From a bacterium (lineage in GTDB: Bacteria > Patescibacteriota > UBA1384 > 2-12-FULL-50-11): a stretch of 64,000 nt of DNA. Every line of letters starts with the position of its first letter. Position 1 is the first letter of the stretch. The stretch covers positions 139,932 to 203,931 of the forward strand of contig JAJTYJ010000001.1 in NCBI GenBank assembly GCA_021463485.1, written 5' to 3'. The notes beneath the pieces are model-generated. The model had not been told where the DNA came from and did no database searches. It was given only the letters and a program-made list of their open reading frames with translations. This document shows, one piece after another, positions 1 to 9,000 of the stretch. Both the position numbers and the translations under genes were made by a program.

Positions 1-29
1 CGCCCAAAGAGGCCGCGCTTAGCCACCCA

Positions 30-51
30 GGAGCCTCACGGCTCCTTTTTT
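30..51 (+). terminator. Rho-independent terminator-like hairpin (GGAGCC-tcac-GGCTCC followed by TTTTTT) for a gene upstream of the window
   Basis: Perfect 6-bp stem, 4-nt loop and T-run, read directly from the sequence. Confidence 0.45.
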
Positions 52-98
52 AATTGATCTACCTAGACACGATAGTACGAGACCGTTAGCCTAGCATT

Positions 99-231
99 AT
101 GGAAGCTGAAGAAAATAAGCCAAAGAAAGAGAGTTTTGAATCGCTATCCAAGGACGAACAAATGGAATACCTGGAGAAGGGTATTGTTTTTGGTGACCAC
201 AAACTAAAGAAAAAACGTAAAACCAATGGCT
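99..231 (+). CDS. Possible small ORF (44 aa, Lys/Glu-rich) whose TGA overlaps the ATG of the next CDS (ATGGCTGA)
   Basis: ATG at 99 with an open frame to TGA 229-231; below the ORF-track length cutoff; no homology recognised. Confidence 0.2.
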
Positions 232-1410
232 GAGCGTAACTTTATAGTTGGCTCTTCCTTCGAAGGCGCTGAAGGAATGTTTGAACAGCCAGAAGAACAG
301 AAATCTGAGCTAACTGAAGAACAATACCGTGCCGCTCGAGAAAAGAAAGAGATTATTCCGGATATAAAGGGACGGTTTGAACAAACGCTTACTGAAAACG
401 GTTGGGAGCTCGTTCAGGATATCTCTGAGGATATACACTACCCAAGTATTGAGGAATGGCTCCGATTTAGAATCGAGCATAATCGCGGCACAAAGTTCTA
501 CCCTTGTTTTGTGCGCGATGCAAATGGTGAGGTTAGTTTTGTGAAGTTTCAGGTATCAACCGACCAAAATGCTTTGCATGGTCTGGCGCAGGAGCAGCAT
601 GTTTTTGCAGCAGGTATCCCAGAAATAATTGACTCACCTGCGATGATATCCGATGCTGCACCGGACGAATCACAGCTTGGTTATATGGAATTCGAGGCAA
701 TTCCTTACGAGGAGGGACAGGTACTAAAAACTGAAGATATTTCGCTCGAACAGTGCGATATAGTTGCGGTAAAAATTAATACGTTAGAGAATTACCCGAT
801 CGATCAACTACCAACCGAGTATCATATCCCCGATTTGCTCGGTGACAAATCGATCCAAGAAGTATTCAACGACGAACTTGCCACTATTACTGAAGGACTG
901 CAATCATTACCCGAAGATTGGGGAGTCTCCGAGCTTTTTACGCCTGAGTGGCAGCAGTCAATGAATGACTTTGCTTCGAGACTTTCGACAAGGAAAGTAT
1001 TAGTTCACGGTGATGCTGGGAGAAAGAATATAGTATTTTCACGCGACGGAACGGGAGTAAAATTTGTAGACTGGGAGTTGGCAGGTATTGGCTTTCTCGG
1101 ACAAGATGCAGGAAAATTTTTAAACGGGTTAAATGACGGCTCCCAACAACGACGACAGTTTATACAAACGTACACAAATCCGGAGAATCAATTCGATTCC
1201 GAGCGACTACATGGAATGTTTGGATCAGTAATGTTAGAAACACTGCACTCATTTTCATACAGAATGGCTAGGGTTGATCAACTTCTGAAAGGAACTGATG
1301 CTCAGCTCCAAGAGTTAAAAGAGAAGATTTACGGGTATCATCGCTCAATTTCTAAAAAAATTGAGGAGTTTAACAGCTTTATGCCGCCCGAAACTACCGA
1401 GGAACAATAG
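226..1410 (+). CDS. Hypothetical protein with an acidic N-terminal half and a C-terminal protein-kinase-like phosphotransferase domain (aminoglycoside phosphotransferase / choline kinase family)
   Basis: Motifs LVHGDAGRKNIVF (HGDxxxxN catalytic loop) and VDWELAG (D-[FW]-E metal-binding motif), typical of APH/ChoK-type kinases. Confidence 0.6.
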   Translation: MAERNFIVGSSFEGAEGMFEQPEEQKSELTEEQYRAAREKKEIIPDIKGRFEQTLTENGWELVQDISEDIHYPSIEEWLRFRIEHNRGTKFYPCFVRDANGEVSFVKFQVSTDQNALHGLAQEQHVFAAGIPEIIDSPAMISDAAPDESQLGYMEFEAIPYEEGQVLKTEDISLEQCDIVAVKINTLENYPIDQLPTEYHIPDLLGDKSIQEVFNDELATITEGLQSLPEDWGVSELFTPEWQQSMNDFASRLSTRKVLVHGDAGRKNIVFSRDGTGVKFVDWELAGIGFLGQDAGKFLNGLNDGSQQRRQFIQTYTNPENQFDSERLHGMFGSVMLETLHSFSYRMARVDQLLKGTDAQLQELKEKIYGYHRSISKKIEEFNSFMPPETTEEQ

Positions 1411-1515
1411 ACAGTACAAGACCTCTTACGAAATCACCGATGCGCGAACCATCCGGTAAAGTGTCTACTGTATATGAAGCTAGACATACCTGCGCCAGAC
1501 CGTTAGCGTAGAGGT

Positions 1516-2745
1516 ATGAGTAAAGCTCGAAAGATATTTTTCTTTCTTGTGATCCCACTTGTTCTAGTTTTTGCAATTGCCACAGCAGTTGCTGTCAAAC
1601 GAACACCGATTAACACCACAAATAGCCAGACAACCACCGAAACTAAAGATAATGAGAACGAGGCATATAAGGCTGGTAAAGCGATCAGTCGGGGCTGTGA
1701 GGGCGAAGGTTTCCCTTACAAACTAAGCAAGTTACCGATGGACGAGTCAGATTTTTCCGTTGTTATCCCGTACGGCCTAATGGTTGGTGGACACGTAACG
1801 CCGATCGATCATCAGTATTTCGCTCCAGCTGATTATATGTCGAAGCGAGACATCTACGAAGTTTACGCCATGGCCGACGCAACCATCACAGATATCGGCG
1901 AGCGAACTAACGAACGCGGTACTGAATACCGTCTCGTTTTCTCAATTACCTGCAATTATTTCTACTACTACGATCTTGTTACAAGTTTAACGCCGGAAAT
2001 AAAAAAAGTTTACGACGAAGCTAGAGGCGGCTCGCTCAGAAAGCCAATTAGCATAAAAGTTAAAGCCGGCGAACTGATCGGACGAATCGGTGGTCAGACT
2101 CTAGACTTTGCTGTTTGGGACACAACTAAGCCGCTCAAGGGTTTTATCTATCCCGAACATTACAAAGCCGAAAACTGGAAACTCTACACTGCCGATCCGC
2201 TTGACTACTATACCGATGAGTTGAAAGCAAAAATACTTGCGCGTTCTCCAAGAATAGCTGAGCCGGTTAGCGGCAAAATCGATTACGATATTGACGGAAA
2301 ATTGATTGGAAACTGGTTCGAAGAAGGCACTAATTGGTATGGCGGCAAAACTAACGGTACCGGTGGAGAATATTGGGGTGGCCATCTTTCATTTGCCCCT
2401 GATCACTACGATCCGACATACTTTATTATCTCAATTGGAGATTTTGGTGGAGAAGCGAAACAATTTACTACCGTAGCTAACACACCAGACCCTGCTATCG
2501 TTAGTCCTCAAAGCGGTTTAGTTAAATACGAGCTAGTCCAATGGGAGTACACAGACGCAAACGGCGCGCCGTGGTCAGGTAACACACTTATTAAGGGTCC
2601 AAAAGTTAAGCCACAATCGGCAGTCCACGGGTGTGCGCTTGTTCAAATGAAAGATAACCGTTCAATCCAGTTTGAATCATCCCCTAAACAATCCTGTTCG
2701 TCCGTCGTTGGGTTCTCGGCAAAAGTTAAAACTTACCTCCGCTAA
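1516..2745 (+). CDS. Secreted or membrane-anchored hypothetical protein (409 aa)
   Basis: SD AGAGGT upstream; N-terminal hydrophobic anchor MSKARKIFFFLVIPLVLVFAIATAVA; no family recognised. Confidence 0.6.
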   Translation: MSKARKIFFFLVIPLVLVFAIATAVAVKRTPINTTNSQTTTETKDNENEAYKAGKAISRGCEGEGFPYKLSKLPMDESDFSVVIPYGLMVGGHVTPIDHQYFAPADYMSKRDIYEVYAMADATITDIGERTNERGTEYRLVFSITCNYFYYYDLVTSLTPEIKKVYDEARGGSLRKPISIKVKAGELIGRIGGQTLDFAVWDTTKPLKGFIYPEHYKAENWKLYTADPLDYYTDELKAKILARSPRIAEPVSGKIDYDIDGKLIGNWFEEGTNWYGGKTNGTGGEYWGGHLSFAPDHYDPTYFIISIGDFGGEAKQFTTVANTPDPAIVSPQSGLVKYELVQWEYTDANGAPWSGNTLIKGPKVKPQSAVHGCALVQMKDNRSIQFESSPKQSCSSVVGFSAKVKTYLR

Positions 2746-2752
2746 TCACAGT

Positions 2753-2783
2753 TATAAAAAACCGCTGGGCGAACCATGCGGTT
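2753..2783 (-). terminator. Rho-independent terminator for the minus-strand gene 2797..3111
   Basis: Stem AACCGC/GCGGTT with a 12-nt loop, followed on the minus strand by TTTTTTA. Confidence 0.45.
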
Positions 2784-2796
2784 GAGTCGGAGCGAC

Positions 2797-3111
2797 TTAT
2801 CCGTCGTACTCGACATTGGCGTTGACGTGGGGGTAGAACCTGAGCACCCCCTCTTCGTCGCGCATCAGCGAAACGTTGCCGAACTTGTTGACGAAGAGAA
2901 CTGTCACCTCCTGACCTTCTCGAAGCGGCGGGTCGAACCTCTGCACAGGGATCTGTGAGTTACTGTGCTCGACGTGGTAACCGGCAACTTTGCCGTGTAC
3001 CGGGACAAACGACTTGATCTCGCCAAGAGCGAGACGACGTGCCCAGTCTTGGGCTTCCTCGAAACTAGTCTGTCCGGGTCCGAACAGACTAGCGAAGTAC
3101 AATTTGTGCAT
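2797..3111 (-). CDS. Hypothetical protein (104 aa) in a ~60% GC mini-island
   Basis: SD GGAG 6 nt upstream of the ATG; own terminator; GC content clearly above the flanking sequence; no confident family. Confidence 0.45.
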   Translation of the reverse strand: MHKLYFASLFGPGQTSFEEAQDWARRLALGEIKSFVPVHGKVAGYHVEHSNSQIPVQRFDPPLREGQEVTVLFVNKFGNVSLMRDEEGVLRFYPHVNANVEYDG

Positions 3112-3216
3112 TTGCGATCTCCACTAACTGAGCTTGCTCAATTAGTTTACGTAGTTTAGCAAAAGTCTGAGGAAAATGCAGCGCCCTGGGCTATGGCACT
3201 TCGGTTTATGCAGTTC

Positions 3217-3245
3217 TTGACAGCCCTATCCGATAAGCGTGCAAT
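3217..3245 (+). promoter_or_regulatory. Sigma70-like promoter TTGACA-N17-TGCAAT upstream of the VKOR gene (SD AGGAGG at 3254-3259)
   Basis: Consensus -35 hexamer, 17-nt spacer and a 4/6 -10 hexamer in the expected position before ATG 3264. Confidence 0.4.
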
Positions 3246-3263
3246 GACCTCAAAGGAGGCGCA

Positions 3264-3668
3264 ATGGATAATAAACTTGCGTTGGATATCGTCAAAGTGT
3301 TTGCGGTGATCGGGTTACTTGATACGTTGTATCTTATCTATCACAAACTGCGGGGAACCGACGTTTGGTGTCCGTTTTTTCCCGACGAGTGGTGTAGAAA
3401 AGTTCAAACAGCGCCTCAAAGTAAAACCTTTGGCATTCCGAATCCGATTCTCGGCTTCTTTATGTATGTAATTCTTCTTGCGATCGTTTTCTGGTACAGC
3501 GCCAACGCGCTCGGAATTGCAAAAATTGTTATCTGGATCGGCTTTGCGTTCTCGATGTACTTCACCTACGTCCAGGCATTCGTACTACGAGCGTTTTGTA
3601 CTTGGTGCGTTCTATCAGCAGTCAATTTTACCGTCATGTTTATCGCCAGTTTCTACTTAGTTTCGTAA
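3264..3668 (+). CDS. Vitamin K epoxide reductase (VKOR) family membrane protein
   Basis: Multi-TM protein with the paired cysteine motifs typical of VKOR (WCPFFPDEWC loop and TM CTWC motif). Confidence 0.75.
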   Translation: MDNKLALDIVKVFAVIGLLDTLYLIYHKLRGTDVWCPFFPDEWCRKVQTAPQSKTFGIPNPILGFFMYVILLAIVFWYSANALGIAKIVIWIGFAFSMYFTYVQAFVLRAFCTWCVLSAVNFTVMFIASFYLVS

Positions 3669-4382
3669 ATCGAAACGCTGTTCGAGCCGCATAATCGGAT
3701 CGTACCAGCCGTTATCGAGCACGAACGTTTGGAAGCTTTTGTCTAGGCCAAGTACAACAGCGACACCGGCAACAACGAGTAGTAATCCTATCCCTTTATG
3801 GAACCAGCCGTGGGGATCAGCGGCCCAACCAAGTTTCGAGACAATCGAGCGACCAAGCAGCGCGATCAGCGAGAGCGCGACCGCCAAACCTAGGGCGTAG
3901 AGAATTAAATATAACAATCCCTGGGTAAACGACGTTGGCAAGATTACGGCAACGATAAGCGCATACGTCGGACTACAGCTATTAAATACTGGCCCCAGAG
4001 CCGCACCGAGCAAAAAATCTCCCCATTTATTCCGCTGACCGCCAGCTGATTGCAACGACTGCCCAGCTTTTGCACTAAGTGGCGCTGCGAGTTTTTCCCA
4101 AAGGCCGGGAAAAAGCATAACCAGACCAAAAAACACCAACAACACTCCGGAAACGACTTGCCAGAATTGTTGCGGCACGCCTAATAAAGCTGTGGTTGCT
4201 TTAAGTAGAAGAGAAAAGACGACAACAGAGATTGTGAGTCCGAGGATAATCGTGAAAACTCTCGCGGTCTTCGATGTACCGTTCGTTGTACCAACAAGCA
4301 CAACCGGGAGTAGCGGTAAAATGCACGGCGCTAATACCGTTAAAAACCCGGCAAAAAACGATACGACTACTAGCGAGATCAT
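3657..4382 (-). CDS. ccdA: Cytochrome c-type biogenesis / thiol-disulfide transporter CcdA (DsbD transmembrane-domain family)
   Basis: LAPCILPLLP motif in TM1, second conserved Cys in a later TM, ~240 aa polytopic membrane protein; its ATG overlaps the stop of the upstream thioredoxin gene. Confidence 0.8.
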   Translation of the reverse strand: MISLVVVSFFAGFLTVLAPCILPLLPVVLVGTTNGTSKTARVFTIILGLTISVVVFSLLLKATTALLGVPQQFWQVVSGVLLVFFGLVMLFPGLWEKLAAPLSAKAGQSLQSAGGQRNKWGDFLLGAALGPVFNSCSPTYALIVAVILPTSFTQGLLYLILYALGLAVALSLIALLGRSIVSKLGWAADPHGWFHKGIGLLLVVAGVAVVLGLDKSFQTFVLDNGWYDPIMRLEQRFDLRN

Positions 4383-4861
4383 AATAGGTTGCTTTTAACG
4401 GAGTCGAAGTTAGGCTGATCGTACGCAACGTACTTCTCAACAAGGTTACCTTGTGCGTCGAGCCGAACCACCGTTGTTTGAACTGTTACGCCGTACTGTT
4501 TTCTTAAAGCTTGGTTTGAGTCGTAATCGACTTTAAAGATAGTCACACCGGATGGGATATCGCTCTGTTTAATGCTCGCATCGAGCGCTCGACACTGTGG
4601 GCACCAAGATGCATGAAAAAACAACAGCCGAGTTCCCTCGGTAGCGCTAACTGCCTCGGCGGAATAGTCCTTATACTCTCCCCCAGCAGCAGCGGTGTCC
4701 GTAGCGTCGGCTGAGCCCGAGTCTGTCGGTACGGTCGACTCTTGATTAGTCGGTGCTGTCGCGTTTTCGTCTACTGATTCTTGAGAGTTACTATTTTTGA
4801 TGAATATAACCGCAGCTCCAATCACAACTAACCCTATAACGATACCAATAATTATTTTCAT
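4379..4861 (-). CDS. Membrane-anchored thioredoxin-like thiol-disulfide oxidoreductase (TlpA/ResA-like)
   Basis: N-terminal TM (MKIIIGIVIGLVVIGAAVIFI) plus a thioredoxin fold with a WCPQC active site; start moved to the internal ATG at 4861. Confidence 0.75.
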   Translation of the reverse strand: MKIIIGIVIGLVVIGAAVIFIKNSNSQESVDENATAPTNQESTVPTDSGSADATDTAAAGGEYKDYSAEAVSATEGTRLLFFHASWCPQCRALDASIKQSDIPSGVTIFKVDYDSNQALRKQYGVTVQTTVVRLDAQGNLVEKYVAYDQPNFDSVKSNLL

Positions 4862-4937
4862 TCTTGAACTATAGCAGGAATGAGACTCAAATTGTTGAGA
4901 TGTTTCTATTGCCCCCAATTAGGTGTACATAAATACT

Positions 4938-5336
4938 ATGAGCGAGCTTGAACCGGGCTATAACCCAGAGAATAGCGAGGCTGAGCAGAAACAAGAGTTT
5001 AATCTGCCTAAGATTTTGGAGCTTCTCGGATTTCACGAATCCGAGGAGATGCAACACACGCATCATCTGCTCGCCGAAGCTATCCGAGCGAACAACGAAG
5101 AAGACCGCAAGCAATTACACAACGAGTACAGCGACCAATTAGAGGCGTTAGTCGAAAGTGTGGATTCGGCCGAAGTACGGATTGGCGCTCAGATCGCTCG
5201 AGCCAGTATTTATAAAGAAGGCGGAGATGTTAGCAGATACGTCGAAGATCTCGAGGATATTCCTGAAGCCTTAAATAGTATCGGACTGACTGAACTTGCC
5301 TGGGAGATCGAAGACGAGATCGATTCGTATAAATAA
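4938..5336 (+). CDS. Acidic hypothetical protein
   Basis: SD AGGTG 12 nt upstream of ATG 4938 (the ORF-track start at 4923 is a GTG inside the SD); no family recognised. Confidence 0.5.
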   Translation: MSELEPGYNPENSEAEQKQEFNLPKILELLGFHESEEMQHTHHLLAEAIRANNEEDRKQLHNEYSDQLEALVESVDSAEVRIGAQIARASIYKEGGDVSRYVEDLEDIPEALNSIGLTELAWEIEDEIDSYK

Positions 5337-5347
5337 TAATTAGTTAA

Positions 5348-5905
5348 TTACGAGTTGGCCGCGATCGCCAGCAACAGTATTCCTAGGGTATTTAAGACAA
5401 AAGCTATTAACGCAAGTGAGTGAACTTTTATTTTTGTGATTCCAAGAAGCGTCAATCCTAACTCATCCGGTAGCGGGGACGCGATAATCGCCGCCCCTAA
5501 GACCGGGGCAAACCAACCAAAGTAGCGAGAATTAACAATATTGATCCTCCTGTACAGATGTAATGCTTTTAACAGTGGGTTTAATTCTGCTAGTAAGCGC
5601 TCGCGAACGAAAATAAATCCGATCAAATCTCCGATAGTCGCCCCTAACCCGCCGATAATTGCCACAACTACTGGATCTGTTGTCTTGGCAAAAACAAATA
5701 ATACTGCAGCCGCCGGAACAACGGTAAAGGTAGAAACAAACAGTAACCCCGCAACAAAAATCCCAAGATACCCAAGATAACCCAGTAAGTCGACAACGGA
5801 TTGTAGAGAACCGTTCTTCAGCCCAATGATAGTAAGTAGCACGCTCACTAGTAGGATCGACAGGTTAGGATACTTCCAGTGGAACTCCTCACGAAATAAA
5901 CGCAT
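5348..5905 (-). CDS. Membrane protein, DedA/VTT-domain-like
   Basis: Polytopic membrane protein; the segment VPAAAVLFVFAKTTDPVVVAIIGGLGATIGDLIGFIFVRE resembles the DedA consensus (G-A-x-x-G-D ... G-R). Confidence 0.5.
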   Translation of the reverse strand: MRLFREEFHWKYPNLSILLVSVLLTIIGLKNGSLQSVVDLLGYLGYLGIFVAGLLFVSTFTVVPAAAVLFVFAKTTDPVVVAIIGGLGATIGDLIGFIFVRERLLAELNPLLKALHLYRRINIVNSRYFGWFAPVLGAAIIASPLPDELGLTLLGITKIKVHSLALIAFVLNTLGILLLAIAANS

Positions 5906-5951
5906 ACATCAATATTAGTTTAAAAACTCCTCGTTGCTACCGATTTGTACT

Positions 5952-5978
5952 TTACAGATTCATATATATCGCTATGAT
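5952..5978 (+). promoter_or_regulatory. Candidate promoter TTTACA-N16-TATGAT, giving a ~100-nt leader for the RRM-protein gene
   Basis: -35/-10-like hexamers read directly; spacing is 16 nt. Confidence 0.3.
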
Positions 5979-6083
5979 TACTGTTGTAGGTTCGAGAAGG
6001 TAATGAACTATTTGCAATATTGCGGGTCCATGACCGTTCGACATCAAGGTCGTCCTACGGTGAAAGTGTAAGAAAGGAACGTC

Positions 6084-6407
6084 ATGGAAGAAACAAACAA
6101 CCAAGAACAAGCCGCTTCAGGCAAGCGTCTTTTTATCGGTAACATCAGCTACAACTCGACCAACGACAGCCTCAAGGCTGCCTTTGATCAGTTTGGTACA
6201 GTTGAGTCTGCCGAGATCAAATACGATCGCGACAACCGCTCAAAGGGTTTTGCTTTCGTTGAGATGAGTACCCCAGAAGAAGCGCAAGCTGCTATCGAAG
6301 GTATGAACGGTAAAGAGCTCGACGGTCGACCGCTCACGGTCAACGTTGCTCGTCCAATGCAACCACGCGACAATCGCGGCGGTGGCAACAGTAATTGGAG
6401 CCGATAA
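6084..6407 (+). CDS. RNA-binding protein with an RNA recognition motif (RRM) and a C-terminal Gly/Arg tail
   Basis: RNP2 LFIGNIS and RNP1 KGFAFVEM motifs; SD AAAGGAAC. Confidence 0.9.
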   Translation: MEETNNQEQAASGKRLFIGNISYNSTNDSLKAAFDQFGTVESAEIKYDRDNRSKGFAFVEMSTPEEAQAAIEGMNGKELDGRPLTVNVARPMQPRDNRGGGNSNWSR

Positions 6408-6492
6408 ACAAGTAAAATTGTAGAACAGAACAGCTCCTGTTGCTTCACAGCCGGGAGCTGTTACTGTTATATAAAAGAGAATAGGAGGGGAA

Positions 6493-6711
6493 ATGTTTTG
6501 GAAAAGACAAGACAAGTCGTTCGTAGCAGTAGCATTAAGTGTTATTTTTATCGGTGCGGCAATTTTTGCGTTCGGTGTGAGCGGTTGGTTGATTAACTTC
6601 GCTCAAGAAGAGACGATCGTTGCGTTCCCATCGATTAAAGTAATGGGTGGACTCATTATTATGAGTCTCGGCTATATCCAGCTCGAACTCGGTCTACTTC
6701 GTAACAAGTAA
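6493..6711 (+). CDS. Small two-TM membrane protein (72 aa)
   Basis: SD GGAGGGG upstream; hydrophobic segments; no homology recognised. Confidence 0.4.
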   Translation: MFWKRQDKSFVAVALSVIFIGAAIFAFGVSGWLINFAQEETIVAFPSIKVMGGLIIMSLGYIQLELGLLRNK

Positions 6712-6714
6712 CCG

Positions 6715-8592
6715 ATGCGAAAAAAACTACTGATCATCGCCGGGTTTTTAGTGGTAGTAGGTATCGCCGCTTTTGTATATTTTAATCGCAGCGAAGAGAG
6801 CGGAGAGTTTGAGGCGGCGTCTGTAACAACAGATGTTAAAGCGTATCCAGCTGACTCATTCGTCGAGTCGTTTGGTCTCAACACGCACTTTAGTTACGCC
6901 GACTACAACACTAATAGTTACTTCACCGATGTTTACACTTCTGTTGTTAAGCCAAAACTAAAAGAATTAGGCGTGCGTTATATCCGAGACAGCCATGGCA
7001 CGATGGGAACAGGCAATAACTCATTTAAGCGCTACGCCGAGCGGCTATCAGAACTGAGCAACCCGACAGACGGCAGCGCACCGATTGCGGTTAACTTAAT
7101 AGTTTCTAACTCAACCACATCAACCGCTTTCCCTGGAAATAAATGTTTCCAGGTTAAAAATAAACTACTACTGCAAGGTGGGGTTATCCCGAGCGGCTGT
7201 GGAGAAGAAGTCGGACAAACCGTAACGGCTGCAGTTAAGATCGCCGCGCTTGAAGGACCAAACGAGCCCGATCACTGTTTCTCTTGGAGACCGGAGTGCC
7301 AGATCTCCGGCACTTGGTACGATAAAATTACCAACAGAAATCCAACCTGGATCGAAGATACGATCAGCGCGATGCGATCGCTGTACGACGGGCTAAATGC
7401 CGATCCGTTAACTCAGTCTATTCCGATCCTCTCACCGTCGTACGTTCACCTCGAAGAATTTAGTACCGCAAAAAAGACTAATCCTGATGGTACTACAACA
7501 GACGTTTCGGCTGAGTTAGCGAAACTTGATGTGATTAAACCATTAGTCGACACGGGTAGCTTTCACCCGTACTGCACCGGTAAAGCTCAATCTTCTTGTT
7601 TGGGGCCAAAAGTTCAAGCCTGGCAAGCGTACTTGCCCGGTAAAAAACTAACTGCGACTGAATTAGGTTGGCCTGCCGCTACGCCGGTTCAAACCGGATT
7701 AGTCTCAGAAATCCAACAAGCTAAATATCTTCCGAGATCGCTCTTCACTCACTTTACGACTTCAGTAGACGCTCAAGGTCTTTCAGCGATCGATAAAAGT
7801 TATAACTACGAACTGCTCGACGAAGTTAGCCAATCCGACACTAAACAAAAAAATTTCGGGATCGTACGCGCCAACGGCACACCGAAACCGGCATTTACTG
7901 CCGTAAAGAACATCATCTCTCTACTAAAGGACCCGGGCTCCAGCTTTACAACTGGAAACTTAAACTACTCGCTAGCCAACAGTAGCACAACGCTCCGACA
8001 CGTCCTGTTTCAAAAGCGAGACAAGAGCTTTTGGCTAGTCGCCTATAACGACGTCGCAAGCAGTACCGATACCGACTCGATTGTTCCGGCAACGCTACAG
8101 CTCGGCACAATCTCAGATGTTACCGTCTACTCGCAAGATAGCGTCTCCCCAGTTGCGAGTTACACCAAAACCCAATCAGTAGCGCTTTCCATCCCGGACA
8201 AAATTGTGCTTATAAAAATCGTTCCGTCGGTAGTTGAGGAACCGCCTCCAAGTATTTCGATGCACGTCGGCGATATCGATTCGAGTACTTCTGCAGTTCA
8301 ACGAAACGGGCGATGGTCCGGGTCGGTTACGGTGACTGCCCACGATCAAAATGAAGTAGCGCTTTCTGGTGTGGTCGTACGTGGAACTTGGACCGGCGGG
8401 TATTCTGGGACAACAAGTTGTACAACAATCAACGGTAAATGCGTTATGTCGTTCCCAACAATAAAGAAAGCCTCTGTTACATTAACTGTAACTTCGCTAA
8501 GTAAGTCTGGTTACGTCTACCAGTCTGTCAGTAACCACGATCCAGACGGGTCGAGTAACGGCACGGTTATTACCGTTCGAAAGCCAAACTAA
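6715..8592 (+). CDS. Large secreted or membrane-anchored hypothetical protein (625 aa)
   Basis: N-terminal TM/signal anchor; long Ser/Thr-rich extracellular sequence; followed by a strong terminator. Confidence 0.65.
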   Translation: MRKKLLIIAGFLVVVGIAAFVYFNRSEESGEFEAASVTTDVKAYPADSFVESFGLNTHFSYADYNTNSYFTDVYTSVVKPKLKELGVRYIRDSHGTMGTGNNSFKRYAERLSELSNPTDGSAPIAVNLIVSNSTTSTAFPGNKCFQVKNKLLLQGGVIPSGCGEEVGQTVTAAVKIAALEGPNEPDHCFSWRPECQISGTWYDKITNRNPTWIEDTISAMRSLYDGLNADPLTQSIPILSPSYVHLEEFSTAKKTNPDGTTTDVSAELAKLDVIKPLVDTGSFHPYCTGKAQSSCLGPKVQAWQAYLPGKKLTATELGWPAATPVQTGLVSEIQQAKYLPRSLFTHFTTSVDAQGLSAIDKSYNYELLDEVSQSDTKQKNFGIVRANGTPKPAFTAVKNIISLLKDPGSSFTTGNLNYSLANSSTTLRHVLFQKRDKSFWLVAYNDVASSTDTDSIVPATLQLGTISDVTVYSQDSVSPVASYTKTQSVALSIPDKIVLIKIVPSVVEEPPPSISMHVGDIDSSTSAVQRNGRWSGSVTVTAHDQNEVALSGVVVRGTWTGGYSGTTSCTTINGKCVMSFPTIKKASVTLTVTSLSKSGYVYQSVSNHDPDGSSNGTVITVRKPN

Positions 8593-8593
8593 A

Positions 8594-8619
8594 AAGAGGG
8601 GTAAAACCCCTCTTTTTAG
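8594..8619. terminator. Rho-independent terminator (AAGAGGGG-taaaa-CCCCTCTT followed by TTTTT)
   Basis: Perfect 8-bp GC-rich stem and T-run immediately after the stop of 6715..8592. Confidence 0.6.
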
Positions 8620-8643
8620 TTTTCGCAATTGCGATAACGCGAA

Positions 8644-8883
8644 CTACATTGGCTTTTGACCGCCCATGCTATTGTCGCTTGAGCCACCCTTACTAAACAT
8701 AGAGATGAGGCTCCACAGCGCCGCTAGACCAACTAGGCTGTAGATAACGCGTGAAAGCATGGAATCCATGCCGCCGAATAAACTTGCCACTAGATCGTAT
8801 TGGAAGAATCCAACAAGACCCCAGTTAAGTCCTCCGATAAACAGTAGGACCCAAACTAACATTCCCATTCCACTCATTTTCAT
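8644..8883 (-). CDS. DUF378-family small membrane protein
   Basis: GGLNWGLVG motif and two TM helices, typical of DUF378. Confidence 0.7.
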   Translation of the reverse strand: MKMSGMGMLVWVLLFIGGLNWGLVGFFQYDLVASLFGGMDSMLSRVIYSLVGLAALWSLISMFSKGGSSDNSMGGQKPM

Positions 8884-9000
8884 ACCACCTCACCTCCTTC
8901 CTCATTTTTGTTAAAACTACTCTTGTCTTTACTTTTACCGTTATTTACTCCGAGCGCAATACCCACTTGAATCGTTCTCGAATGAGCGTACGCTACAAGT

